Assembly: GCA_964611625.1 (NCBI GenBank)
Contig: CAZTAM010000002.1
Coordinates: 89,168-153,167 of the forward strand
Length of the DNA stretch: 64,000 nucleotides
Reading direction: 5' to 3'
Origin: an uncultured Nitrospiraceae bacterium
GTDB lineage: Bacteria; Nitrospirota; 9FT-COMBO-42-15; HDB-SIOI813
Shown here: positions 1 to 8,358 of the stretch, one piece after another
Layout: every line of letters starts with the position of its first letter
Position numbering within the stretch: the first letter of the stretch is position 1
The notes under the pieces: model-generated
Database searches by the model: none
The model's input: the letters and a program-made list of their open reading frames with translations, nothing else
Told to the model about the DNA's origin: nothing
Position numbers and translations under genes: made by a program

Positions 1-1350
1 TGCCTCTGCTGATATATCCTGAAAATCTTTCTGGCTGATTCCATCTCTCCCAGAGACTTAAGGGCATTCACAGAATTAAGTGCAGCCTCCCTGTTGCCGG
101 GGTCAGCCTCAAATACCTTTAGAAAAAATTTCAGGGCCGTCAACGTCTCACCTTTACTCCAGTAAACAACTCCAAGATTATTATAAGAAACTAAATAATC
201 AGGGTCTGATTCACGCGCCTGTGAAAACAGGGTGGCAGCCTGACTCACATCACCATGACTAAATATATCCTCCCCTTCGAGGTTCAGCTCCCTTGCCTTA
301 AGCTCTTTTTTCATTATTGTCAGAGGCCTGGCTGCCCCTGCAGCCCATCCCTTATCATTCAGTTTATGAATTGCCCGGTCAAACGCATCCTCCCAGTTCG
401 GGACCTGACGAAGAAGCCCGGGATGCGTAAATATCTCCTCATCCTGTGTAAAACCCTGAGGGTTCAATGGGACAAAGTGGACAGGAAGGTCATGACCTAT
501 GCACCAGTCTGTGAATTCCACCAGTTTAGGTATGCTGCTCTTCATTACTACTGCTGCAATATTAATGTTCCAGTCCAATCCATGCTTCCTTCCAGTCTCC
601 CTGAACTCCAAAATGTTGCGTTCAACCTGTTTCCACTGCCCTCCATTCCTTATATATTCATAAGCATCGCCCATTGAATCCAGACTTATACATAGGTTAA
701 TTCTCCTTAAGCTTCTCAATTTATCCAGATAGCGGTGGATTAGTGTCCCGTTGCTAAAGAGTGAAAGCTTCACGTCGGAAAAATCAGGATCGCGTATTAA
801 CATATCAATGAACTTTCTGGCATTGGGAATAAGAAACGGTTCTCCTCCGATAATTGCAATTTCATTTGCCATGGTCATGTAATCCTTAATGCCGTCCAGA
901 ATTTCCAGAGGCAGTTGTCTTTTGTCATTAACTCTCATATTTTCCTGACAACACATGATACACTTCAGATTGCAGATAAGACCGAAATTAAGATAATATT
1001 TTACGGGATAAGAGTCTACGACCTCCGCGCGGTTATTGTAATTTTCAATGGCCTTCATCCAGTTACTCTTCTGCCTTTCATTTATTGAATCCGGTATATC
1101 CATAAATGTGGCGGCAGAGCCGTATCTGATATACTGGCATCCTTCACAACCAGTCCCTGCAGCATTGTTGGATGTGATGACTTTTCTTACATTCCTCATT
1201 TTCGACCCATTCCAATAGCCATCAATATTTAACGGCGTGAATGGATCAATACAATCCTTTTCCAGCCTGAAGTAGCAGCAGCATCCTGTCTTCAGATTAT
1301 ATTCAATCTGCATCTCAAACCACGGCTGTGAGCAACCGGCAAGTTCCATA
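1..1350 (-). CDS. Radical SAM protein with Cys-rich N-terminal extension (paralog A). The N-terminus is at 1350 and the ORF runs off the window start; a TPR-like region begins near the edge.
   Basis: My own translation of the minus strand from the ATG at 1350 gives MELAGCSQPWFEMQIEYN..GCCCY..GTGCEGCQ...CNLKCIMCCQ (CxxxCxxC radical-SAM motif). It is collinear and highly similar to the 1366..3060 product. AGGAGG RBS 6 nt upstream. It is missing from the ORF track because there is no in-window stop. Confidence 0.7.
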
Positions 1351-1365
1351 ATTCCTCCTATATAC

Positions 1366-3060
1366 CTACTGACTCATACCTGTATCAACTGACTCCAACC
1401 CAGTCATCCTGAATCTGATTTCATTGTAATTTCGTAAAGACCTCATTTCGAGATCCAGGACCTTGCCTGCAAGCCTGGCTCTTCCTTCGCTTAAAAGCCT
1501 GTTGATCTTAGAAACCACACCGATCATACCAATGTTCATGTCAGCTTCGGAGAGGGGGATACCCAGTACCCTGATATGACCGGAAAGAGTAATGTTTAGT
1601 TTGTCTTCCTCTACCCGGATATCAGGTGCTGGACAAGTCAGCCTGCCTGACTCGTCTGTTGAAATGTCCGGGCAATATATGGCTGCTATGGCCCTCGAAA
1701 TATCCTCATCTGAAATATTAGTCTTAAGAAAAAAGATATAAAGCCTCATTGCCTCATCATGTTGCCCCATTTCACACAAAAGTCGTCCGCAATTGAGGAC
1801 TGCGTTCCGGTTGAAGGGTTCCATACTAAGGGCCTCTCTGAAATGACTTACGGCCTCTCCCTGTTGCCCAAGGCGCCAGGATGTAACACCAAGGTTATTC
1901 AGTGCATCCGCAGATAAACTATCATTTTTCAGCGCCTCCTTGAATTTGTCATGGGCAATTTTAACCCTGCCTTTATTGAATAACTCTTCTCCCTCAAGGA
2001 CAAGCAATCTTGACTTCAGTTCCCTTTTCATGAGCCTCAAAGGTCTTACCCCTGTTTCTATCCATCCTTTAGAGGTCAGTTTCTCTATTGCTGCGTCAAA
2101 CTTGTCTTCCCATCCTTCTATCTCTCTAAGCAGGCCTGGATTATGAAATATCTCTTCCTGTCTGGTAAATCCCTGGGGATGAATGGGAACAAAGTGGACG
2201 GGAAGATCGTTTGAGATACACCAGTCAACAAATTCAGGAAGCCTCTCAAGGCTCCTCTTCATAACAACACACCCTATCTTGATATTCCAGTCTGCCTTAT
2301 TAGCAGCCCCGGTATCCCTGAATCGCAGGACATTTTTCTCTGTTTTTTGCCATTCTGCCCCCTGCCTGATATCTTCGTAACAGTTTCCAGTTGAATCAAG
2401 GCTTACCCATATAGTTACCCGCTTCATTTTTTCCAATAACTTCATATGCCTGTCAAGCAAAGTTCCATTTGTTACAATGGATAACTTATGCCCCGAGTAA
2501 TCCTTATCATTGGCAAAGGCCTCGATAAACCTCAATGCGGTCGGAATGAGCAAAGGCTCCCCTCCGATCACCATAATCTCATTAGCCGGCAGGAGGTATT
2601 CTTTCAATGACAGAAGAAATGCTTCCGGCAGGTTCCGGTTTTCTGCCACACGTGCATTCTGCTGGCAACACATAATGCATTTCAGATTGCATTGCAGGCC
2701 AAAATTAAAATAGTATCTGACCGGCAGCGAATTTATCAGCGTCGTTCCCTGGTTATAGTTTTCAAGTGCCTTAAGCCAGTTATCCCTCTGTGTTTTATTA
2801 ATACCATTATCTATCGCAGTAAAGTCAGTCAGAGATCCGTACCTGAGGGCCTGACACCCTTCACAGCCAGTTCCGGTCAGGCTGTCGGAACTCAAATCCC
2901 TTCTGATCGCCTGCAGGGTCATGGAGTTCCAGTAATCTTTTATGGATGTGGGCCTGTCAAACCGGACTCTATCACGATCATGTTTGTAATAGCAGCAGCA
3001 TCCCGCTGTACCATTGTATTCAATCTGCATTTCAAACCATGGCTGTAAACAACTAATCAT
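1366..3060 (-). CDS. Radical SAM enzyme fused to C-terminal TPR repeats (paralog B)
   Basis: 564-aa ORF. N-terminal QPWFEMQIEYN..GCCCYY..GTGCEGCQ, then GLQCNLKCIMCCQ (CxxxCxxC) at about residue 120, then TPR-like repeats (ALNNLGVTSWRLGQQGEAVSHFREAL...). GAGGG RBS. Confidence 0.75.
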   Translation of the reverse strand: MISCLQPWFEMQIEYNGTAGCCCYYKHDRDRVRFDRPTSIKDYWNSMTLQAIRRDLSSDSLTGTGCEGCQALRYGSLTDFTAIDNGINKTQRDNWLKALENYNQGTTLINSLPVRYYFNFGLQCNLKCIMCCQQNARVAENRNLPEAFLLSLKEYLLPANEIMVIGGEPLLIPTALRFIEAFANDKDYSGHKLSIVTNGTLLDRHMKLLEKMKRVTIWVSLDSTGNCYEDIRQGAEWQKTEKNVLRFRDTGAANKADWNIKIGCVVMKRSLERLPEFVDWCISNDLPVHFVPIHPQGFTRQEEIFHNPGLLREIEGWEDKFDAAIEKLTSKGWIETGVRPLRLMKRELKSRLLVLEGEELFNKGRVKIAHDKFKEALKNDSLSADALNNLGVTSWRLGQQGEAVSHFREALSMEPFNRNAVLNCGRLLCEMGQHDEAMRLYIFFLKTNISDEDISRAIAAIYCPDISTDESGRLTCPAPDIRVEEDKLNITLSGHIRVLGIPLSEADMNIGMIGVVSKINRLLSEGRARLAGKVLDLEMRSLRNYNEIRFRMTGLESVDTGMSQ

Positions 3061-3074
3061 CTGCGCGCCCTCGT

Positions 3075-5855
3075 TTAATTATGATCTGATACCAGTTGAT
3101 TGCCGCTGTCCACTTGGCTCGAAATTATTTCACGCAAACGCAGCAATACAAATCCGGCTTCGTCATAATTACCAAGTTCTGTCTGTATCATTTTGACAGC
3201 CAGGCTAATGTTGCCTTTCGTAAGGTAATTATTGATTCTTTTAATAATATCTTTCAGATGCGGCTTTTTTTTGACGGCCTTGACAAAGGACACACCCAAT
3301 ATCTTGAAGGAATCGCTTATCTTTATTTCATGGAATGAGTTTGTAACATTTATGTCAAATCGCGGAAAGGTAATCGGTTCGGAGGAGTCATTGAGCGTAA
3401 ACCAGAACCAGTGTCCCCCGGGGGAGAATAGATCATTTCCAAGGACTTTCTGCATTTCCTCATATTTTTCTTTTACCCTCACAATCTCCCTGTCAAAGCT
3501 ATGGTCCGCCGAGTCAAAAGCAATTCCGTTACGGGAGACGAAATCCACTACGGCAACAGACTGTTCTACCGCAGAATCAATGTTTCCAAGTCTTACCCTC
3601 GGGCCTTCCCAGTTGTTCCCTCTCCAAAGCCTTTGCCCGTTGTAGAGAGAATTTTCCCGCGGGATATATCTGGCGTCTGATAGATCATGCATAATAACCA
3701 GATTAGGTAGGGAGGATATCTTTGGTAGAATTGAACCTAAAACACACTCTGCTACATCAAAACCATGCGCATCCCAAAAGAGCAGACACCGTTTGACCCC
3801 CTTAAACAGTGCGTTATAATCGAATGTAAGGATGTTTCCATTCAGTATATGAAGATTATTAAACCAGTCTTCTTCTACTACATCAAGAACCCTGTGTTGA
3901 GTGAGGTTCTCCCAGTCATTTGAGACGCACAGGCTTACAACCCTGCATTCCAGCCCCTCTTGTCTCAGGTTGTTAGCTACCTCTGTATAGGCGCATGTAG
4001 AGTTACCACGACCTCGACCCAGTTCAAGGATGAGGTCGGGCTTGAATTCAAGTGCAGAGGCCATCAGCTGGGCCCACTGAGTCGTCAAAAGGTCACCCTT
4101 GTGATCGACTGCATCCGAAAGGTTGATAATCCGGTCGTGCAGAGACTGAAGCTTGAAACGCTGGTTCCAGTATGCCTTAGCCGGAGTAAAGGGCCTGTGG
4201 TCAGGGATGACCTCGCCACAAATGCTATCCATGGATTCCCTAAAGGCATCATGTCTTTTCATATTAATAAAAGTAAGGTTTTCCTCCTGACCATCGTTCT
4301 GGGATTCGATCTTAACGAGCCCGAATCCTTTCGACAGCATCTCGGATATAACCTTGTTTTTATCTGAGGCCCCTTCGTATATTTGTTCAGACGTTACCGT
4401 TACCTCAAGCTGCAGTTTCTTTATCTTTTGTATCTCATGGCCTGCCGACATTACAACATCCAGATCATGCCCCTGGGCATCTATCTTTACGAATTCAACT
4501 TCGCTAAATGAGAGTCTCTCAAGTAGCTCATCAAGACGCATCACAGGGACCACCCTTTTTTCAACAACGTCAAGGCCGGATTTGTCCCTCCATTCAGCTA
4601 AACCATTCTCATTGAAAGGCCTGAGTGAGCTTGAAACATGATTACTGGTGACATAAAAATCGGCAATCCCTTTTTCGGGTCCGACAGCTGAAGGAATTGC
4701 AAAAAGGCGGGAATGTCTGCTGTTCAGATGATTGTACTTTTCCAGTATCGGCTCAAAGGCTATTATTGCAAGATCTTTATTGTCATCAAGATATGGAAGT
4801 GTAGTCTCACCTTCGTGGGCGCCAACGTCAATCCAGACTTTTCTGATTCCGTTGTGAAATACGATTTTTCCGGTCTCACTATCAGTGACCAGATAATCTT
4901 CAATCTTTACCGGCTGCTGTGACAGGTTTGACAGTTTGTCGGGAACAACTTCTGTTACTTCAAGCCTGAAATTAAGCAGGCCCCAGTCGTCACCGTTTAA
5001 TACAGCCGGCTTTTCTTCCTCTAACATCTTCCGACAGTCTTTCTCATATCTCTCATAATCAGTAAAAGGCCTCTTTGCATGTTCGGATCTGTCATGTTCC
5101 TGGTGGTAAATTGGTCCGCCGATAATTACCTGTTCAAGTCCGAGCGCCCTGGCCATAAAACAGATGTAACCGTCAATGAAACTGTGACTCTTCAGTTCCG
5201 GATACCCCCTGAGTCTGTGCCACTTATCAGCAGACATGAGGAAGAAGTCACCAGCAGCGTTAGTATGGACCCTGTTTTCAGAATCTGAAGAGAGAGATGG
5301 GATTGAACGGTATCCATCTGTTAAAGGTAGAGTGCCATCGGGCAGATTGACCCTGAAAGCCAGATCATGCGATAGAAGAAGCTGCCTGTCTGCAGGAAGA
5401 GCAGCAGGGATATTATGTTTGACATCATAGCGGTTGGCCCTGTAATAGCAATCCTCTGACAACTTATCAGAAGACAGATATTGAAAAAGTTCTCTGCTGA
5501 ACAGGATATCAGGGTTGGTTGCAACGATATATTTGCCTGACGCACGTCTTATACCGACATTCTTGGCAAGATATTCAAACATGGGCATTTTGTCAGAATT
5601 ATCAATCTGACTGTGGACATCTTTTGGAACTGATATTATGCGGCCCTTAATTCTGGGCCATTTTATGGCATAAAGCAGCTTCTGTTTTTCAGATGGGGGG
5701 TTCCATTCCACAACTATCAATTCAGAGTCAAGACTGTACTCTTTGCATAGTTCGACATAGATATTAATAAAATTCTGAAACCTGTACAGGAAATCCCCTC
5801 CATAGTTGTCGTTTCTTGCAGCAACAACGAAGCTAAAATCAGGTTTATTGTTCAT
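3075..5855 (-). CDS. Multidomain sugar-modifying enzyme: N-terminal GT-A-like glycosyltransferase, central FkbM-family methyltransferase, C-terminal class I (TylF/CmcI-like) O-methyltransferase
   Basis: 926 aa. N-terminus FSFVVAARNDNYGG..IVVEWNPP..ATNPDILF (DxD-like). Middle VWIDVGAHEGETTLPYL...FEP (FkbM motif GAHxGxxT). C-terminus LILELGRGRGNSTCAY...FWDAHGFD (SAM-binding G-x-G motif). 4-nt overlap with the upstream gene. Confidence 0.6.
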   Translation of the reverse strand: MNNKPDFSFVVAARNDNYGGDFLYRFQNFINIYVELCKEYSLDSELIVVEWNPPSEKQKLLYAIKWPRIKGRIISVPKDVHSQIDNSDKMPMFEYLAKNVGIRRASGKYIVATNPDILFSRELFQYLSSDKLSEDCYYRANRYDVKHNIPAALPADRQLLLSHDLAFRVNLPDGTLPLTDGYRSIPSLSSDSENRVHTNAAGDFFLMSADKWHRLRGYPELKSHSFIDGYICFMARALGLEQVIIGGPIYHQEHDRSEHAKRPFTDYERYEKDCRKMLEEEKPAVLNGDDWGLLNFRLEVTEVVPDKLSNLSQQPVKIEDYLVTDSETGKIVFHNGIRKVWIDVGAHEGETTLPYLDDNKDLAIIAFEPILEKYNHLNSRHSRLFAIPSAVGPEKGIADFYVTSNHVSSSLRPFNENGLAEWRDKSGLDVVEKRVVPVMRLDELLERLSFSEVEFVKIDAQGHDLDVVMSAGHEIQKIKKLQLEVTVTSEQIYEGASDKNKVISEMLSKGFGLVKIESQNDGQEENLTFINMKRHDAFRESMDSICGEVIPDHRPFTPAKAYWNQRFKLQSLHDRIINLSDAVDHKGDLLTTQWAQLMASALEFKPDLILELGRGRGNSTCAYTEVANNLRQEGLECRVVSLCVSNDWENLTQHRVLDVVEEDWFNNLHILNGNILTFDYNALFKGVKRCLLFWDAHGFDVAECVLGSILPKISSLPNLVIMHDLSDARYIPRENSLYNGQRLWRGNNWEGPRVRLGNIDSAVEQSVAVVDFVSRNGIAFDSADHSFDREIVRVKEKYEEMQKVLGNDLFSPGGHWFWFTLNDSSEPITFPRFDINVTNSFHEIKISDSFKILGVSFVKAVKKKPHLKDIIKRINNYLTKGNISLAVKMIQTELGNYDEAGFVLLRLREIISSQVDSGNQLVSDHN

Positions 5856-6874
5856 AGTATCCTTTCGATGTCATTACACCAGGCACTGAAGAGACGTTTT
5901 GTATTTTCCGGAATAAAGTCAAGACCCTCAAGGCATCCATACAGTTGCCTGAGATTTTCAAAGACATTTCCTTTATCCAGATTCACTTCCATAAGCTCCC
6001 GGCAGAACCTGTCGGTATTCTCCATTCCATATACTTCATCCCTGAGATTGACCCAGTGATTCTGCTTGTTTCTCTCCTGCCATACAAAAGGGCGACCAAA
6101 ATGAACATGGTAGTCTGTTTCCATCATTACCCTTTCAGCTATATATGAACCCCATATATCATCGAACCTTCCAACATCTGTAAGAACCATCATTAACGGG
6201 GCAAGCTCACGAACATAAGCCGTATTTTGAGAATTTACCGGTGTAAAAACGCCATTGGCAACTATAATACCGGAATTCAACAAGTCAGACAGGTGCATAA
6301 CACCGGGATTTGTAACGATCCTATCCATAGCATCTATATCAGGGTCGCCGAGCCACAGTCCTGCGGCAATGCCTATCTTTCTGCTGCTGACCGGTTTCAG
6401 GGATATTTCAGTGTCCTTTTTGCGTTGACTGTAAGGAAATCCCCTGTGATATACCCTGGGCAGAAGGAAATCCCCAATATTAAACCATTTGGATTCCGGA
6501 GAAGCCATTAATCCTGAATATGCAGTTCCAAAGATGGCCCTTACGGCGCTGAAATAATCGTCTCCAATTGGAATATTATCGTCATCAATCGTTACAATGA
6601 CATCAGGTTTGAGTCTGATTGCCTCAAGGAGCACAATATTCCTGCGCATTATCTTGTTCCACCCGATGACCTCAGAACATTCATAGCCAAGTTTGTCCTG
6701 GTCCGTGTCGCTGTAATAAATAGCATTCCCAAGTTCAGCAGCCATCCTTGCGACCTTCTCGTGAGGAGTTTTCCTGTCTCCGGCAATGAGGATAGTAACA
6801 TCCGGCCCCATACTGCGGTAACGCTCAAGAACTTCGGGAACAAAAATGGTAGTTGTAATAAGCGCTATCTTCAT
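5852..6874 (-). CDS. Putative glycosyltransferase (DxD-containing, RGP/STELLO-like fold)
   Basis: 340 aa, MKIALITTTIF...VTIDDDNIPIGDDYF. Acidic DDD motif and a nucleotide-binding-like N-terminus. Overlaps both neighbours by 4 nt. The family assignment is tentative. Confidence 0.4.
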   Translation of the reverse strand: MKIALITTTIFVPEVLERYRSMGPDVTILIAGDRKTPHEKVARMAAELGNAIYYSDTDQDKLGYECSEVIGWNKIMRRNIVLLEAIRLKPDVIVTIDDDNIPIGDDYFSAVRAIFGTAYSGLMASPESKWFNIGDFLLPRVYHRGFPYSQRKKDTEISLKPVSSRKIGIAAGLWLGDPDIDAMDRIVTNPGVMHLSDLLNSGIIVANGVFTPVNSQNTAYVRELAPLMMVLTDVGRFDDIWGSYIAERVMMETDYHVHFGRPFVWQERNKQNHWVNLRDEVYGMENTDRFCRELMEVNLDKGNVFENLRQLYGCLEGLDFIPENTKRLFSAWCNDIERIL

Positions 6875-8193
6875 AAAAAGGCTTTTCCAAGAGGGACATA
6901 CCTTATCTTACTGCCGAGGGTTTTAGCATCCAGCATCCTCCAGCAGTCAATTACTGTAGTAGGATTATTAACAATATTTATTTCGCTAATGTTCCTGAAT
7001 TCAGGCGCCCGGGTAGCGATAACGACAGTTGAGGCTTTTTCAAAACATTCCTTAACTGATGATGCATAAATTACTTTGTTGCCCAACTTTGACCGTGATT
7101 CATCCATTGCACCAGGGTCGTAAACGGTAACCAGTATTTTGTTTTCGATAAGTTTTTCTATAAGCCTTATTGATGGCGACTCTTCAATAACAGGGGTATT
7201 CGGCTTATATGCAAGTCCTAGTATTGCCACAGTCCGCTCTTTCATATTATCAAGGTGCTTCATTACGAATTTCACAAGATGCCCTATCTGTGACCTGTTC
7301 ACCTCATCTGTTGCCTTAGCCAGTTTAGCGTCAATGCCGTAATCCTTTGCAAATGCCGCAAATGCCCTGTTGTCTCTCGGAAAACATGGACCGCCAAAGC
7401 CGAGTCCTCCCTTCAGATAATACGGAGATATTCTTCTGTCTGAACCGAGGGCTTGTGTTATGTCGTCAATATCAGCCCCTGAAACTTTTTCACATATGTT
7501 TGCAAGGGTGTTTGCAAAGCTAATCTTCATGGTTATATAAGAGTTGAGGCTTATCTTTGTAATCTCGGCGCTTATAACAGACATCCTGGCAATGCAGGGG
7601 GAGTTCTCGCAGCCTTTTTCGTAGACCCTCTCAAGCATTTCTCCTGCAACAGCGCTGCTTTCACCGATCAAAACCATATCAGGATTGAGGAAGTTTGTTA
7701 TGACACTGCCGAGGGCGATAAATTCAGGGTTGTAGCAGACACCAAAGCCATTATTAAGCTCTCGTCCTGAATATCTTTCTATCAGGGGAATTAATATTTT
7801 CTCTGTTGAACCGGGGGAAACTGTAGAGGTAATGACAAACAAATGGTATGGCTTACTGCTTTTTTTCAGGGCCTGGGCAAGTGGTGCCAGGGCAGACATC
7901 ATATAATCATTTGCGAATTGGCCATCGTCCCTGCTTGGAGTAGGGACTATCAAAAAAGTAATATCAGAGCTGTTAATCGCCTCTTCATAGTCATCAGTAG
8001 CCCTTAATTTATTACCAGCAGACGAAATTAACTCTTGCAGCCTTGGCTCATCAACCGGTGCTCTACCCTGATTGATGGCATCTATAAAATCTTTATTGAT
8101 ATCTACACCTATGACATCAAAACCTCTGTATGCGAAACACGAAGCAGTGCACGCACCAAGTTTTCCCAGTCCTATAACTGAAAGCCTGTTCAT
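6871..8193 (-). CDS. Nucleotide-sugar dehydrogenase (UDP-glucose/GDP-mannose dehydrogenase family)
   Basis: MNRLSVIGLGKLGACTASCFAYRGFDVIGVDIN is a Rossmann NAD-binding N-terminus typical of UDP-sugar 6-dehydrogenases, followed by the ...GGPCFPRD motif. The start is moved to the internal ATG at 8193, which has a GAGGGAA RBS; the ORF-track start at 8232 lacks one. Confidence 0.85.
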   Translation of the reverse strand: MNRLSVIGLGKLGACTASCFAYRGFDVIGVDINKDFIDAINQGRAPVDEPRLQELISSAGNKLRATDDYEEAINSSDITFLIVPTPSRDDGQFANDYMMSALAPLAQALKKSSKPYHLFVITSTVSPGSTEKILIPLIERYSGRELNNGFGVCYNPEFIALGSVITNFLNPDMVLIGESSAVAGEMLERVYEKGCENSPCIARMSVISAEITKISLNSYITMKISFANTLANICEKVSGADIDDITQALGSDRRISPYYLKGGLGFGGPCFPRDNRAFAAFAKDYGIDAKLAKATDEVNRSQIGHLVKFVMKHLDNMKERTVAILGLAYKPNTPVIEESPSIRLIEKLIENKILVTVYDPGAMDESRSKLGNKVIYASSVKECFEKASTVVIATRAPEFRNISEINIVNNPTTVIDCWRMLDAKTLGSKIRYVPLGKAFL

Positions 8194-8217
8194 CTTTAAT
8201 TCCCTCGTTGTAACCCT

Positions 8218-8247
8218 GATGCATGGATGCATGGGGGATGCATGGGG
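8218..8247. repeat. Three tandem copies of a (G)ATGCATGG(GG) unit in the leader of the dehydrogenase gene
   Basis: Read directly: gatgcatgg / atgcatggggg / atgcatgggg. Each unit contains the palindromic hexamer ATGCAT. Confidence 0.8.
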
Positions 8248-8251
8248 TCAC

Positions 8252-8298
8252 GTCTTGCAATAAAGCATCCTTTTTATAAGGATGCTTTATTGCAAGAC
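8252..8298. repeat. Perfect 21-bp inverted repeat (hairpin with 5-nt loop) in the intergenic region between the radical-SAM and dehydrogenase genes
   Basis: gtcttgcaataaagcatcctt-tttat-aaggatgctttattgcaagac. The arms are exactly complementary and no U-tract follows on either strand. Confidence 0.85.
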
Positions 8299-8358
8299 CT
8301 GATCCCCGATCATCCATTCGATCTGACGATCATCAACCCCCGATACTACGCTCAGGGA

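Noticed and set aside
80-677. Plus-strand ORFs 80..262 and 255..677 at the window start
   Set aside because: They lie antisense within the continuous minus-strand radical-SAM paralog A reading frame (1..1350). They have no RBS and low-complexity products, so they are likely spurious.
8117-8317. Minus ORF 8117..8317 spanning the hairpin and repeat spacer
   Set aside because: It overlaps the dehydrogenase start and RBS and runs through the palindromic element. Its product has an atypical composition. It is most likely non-coding.
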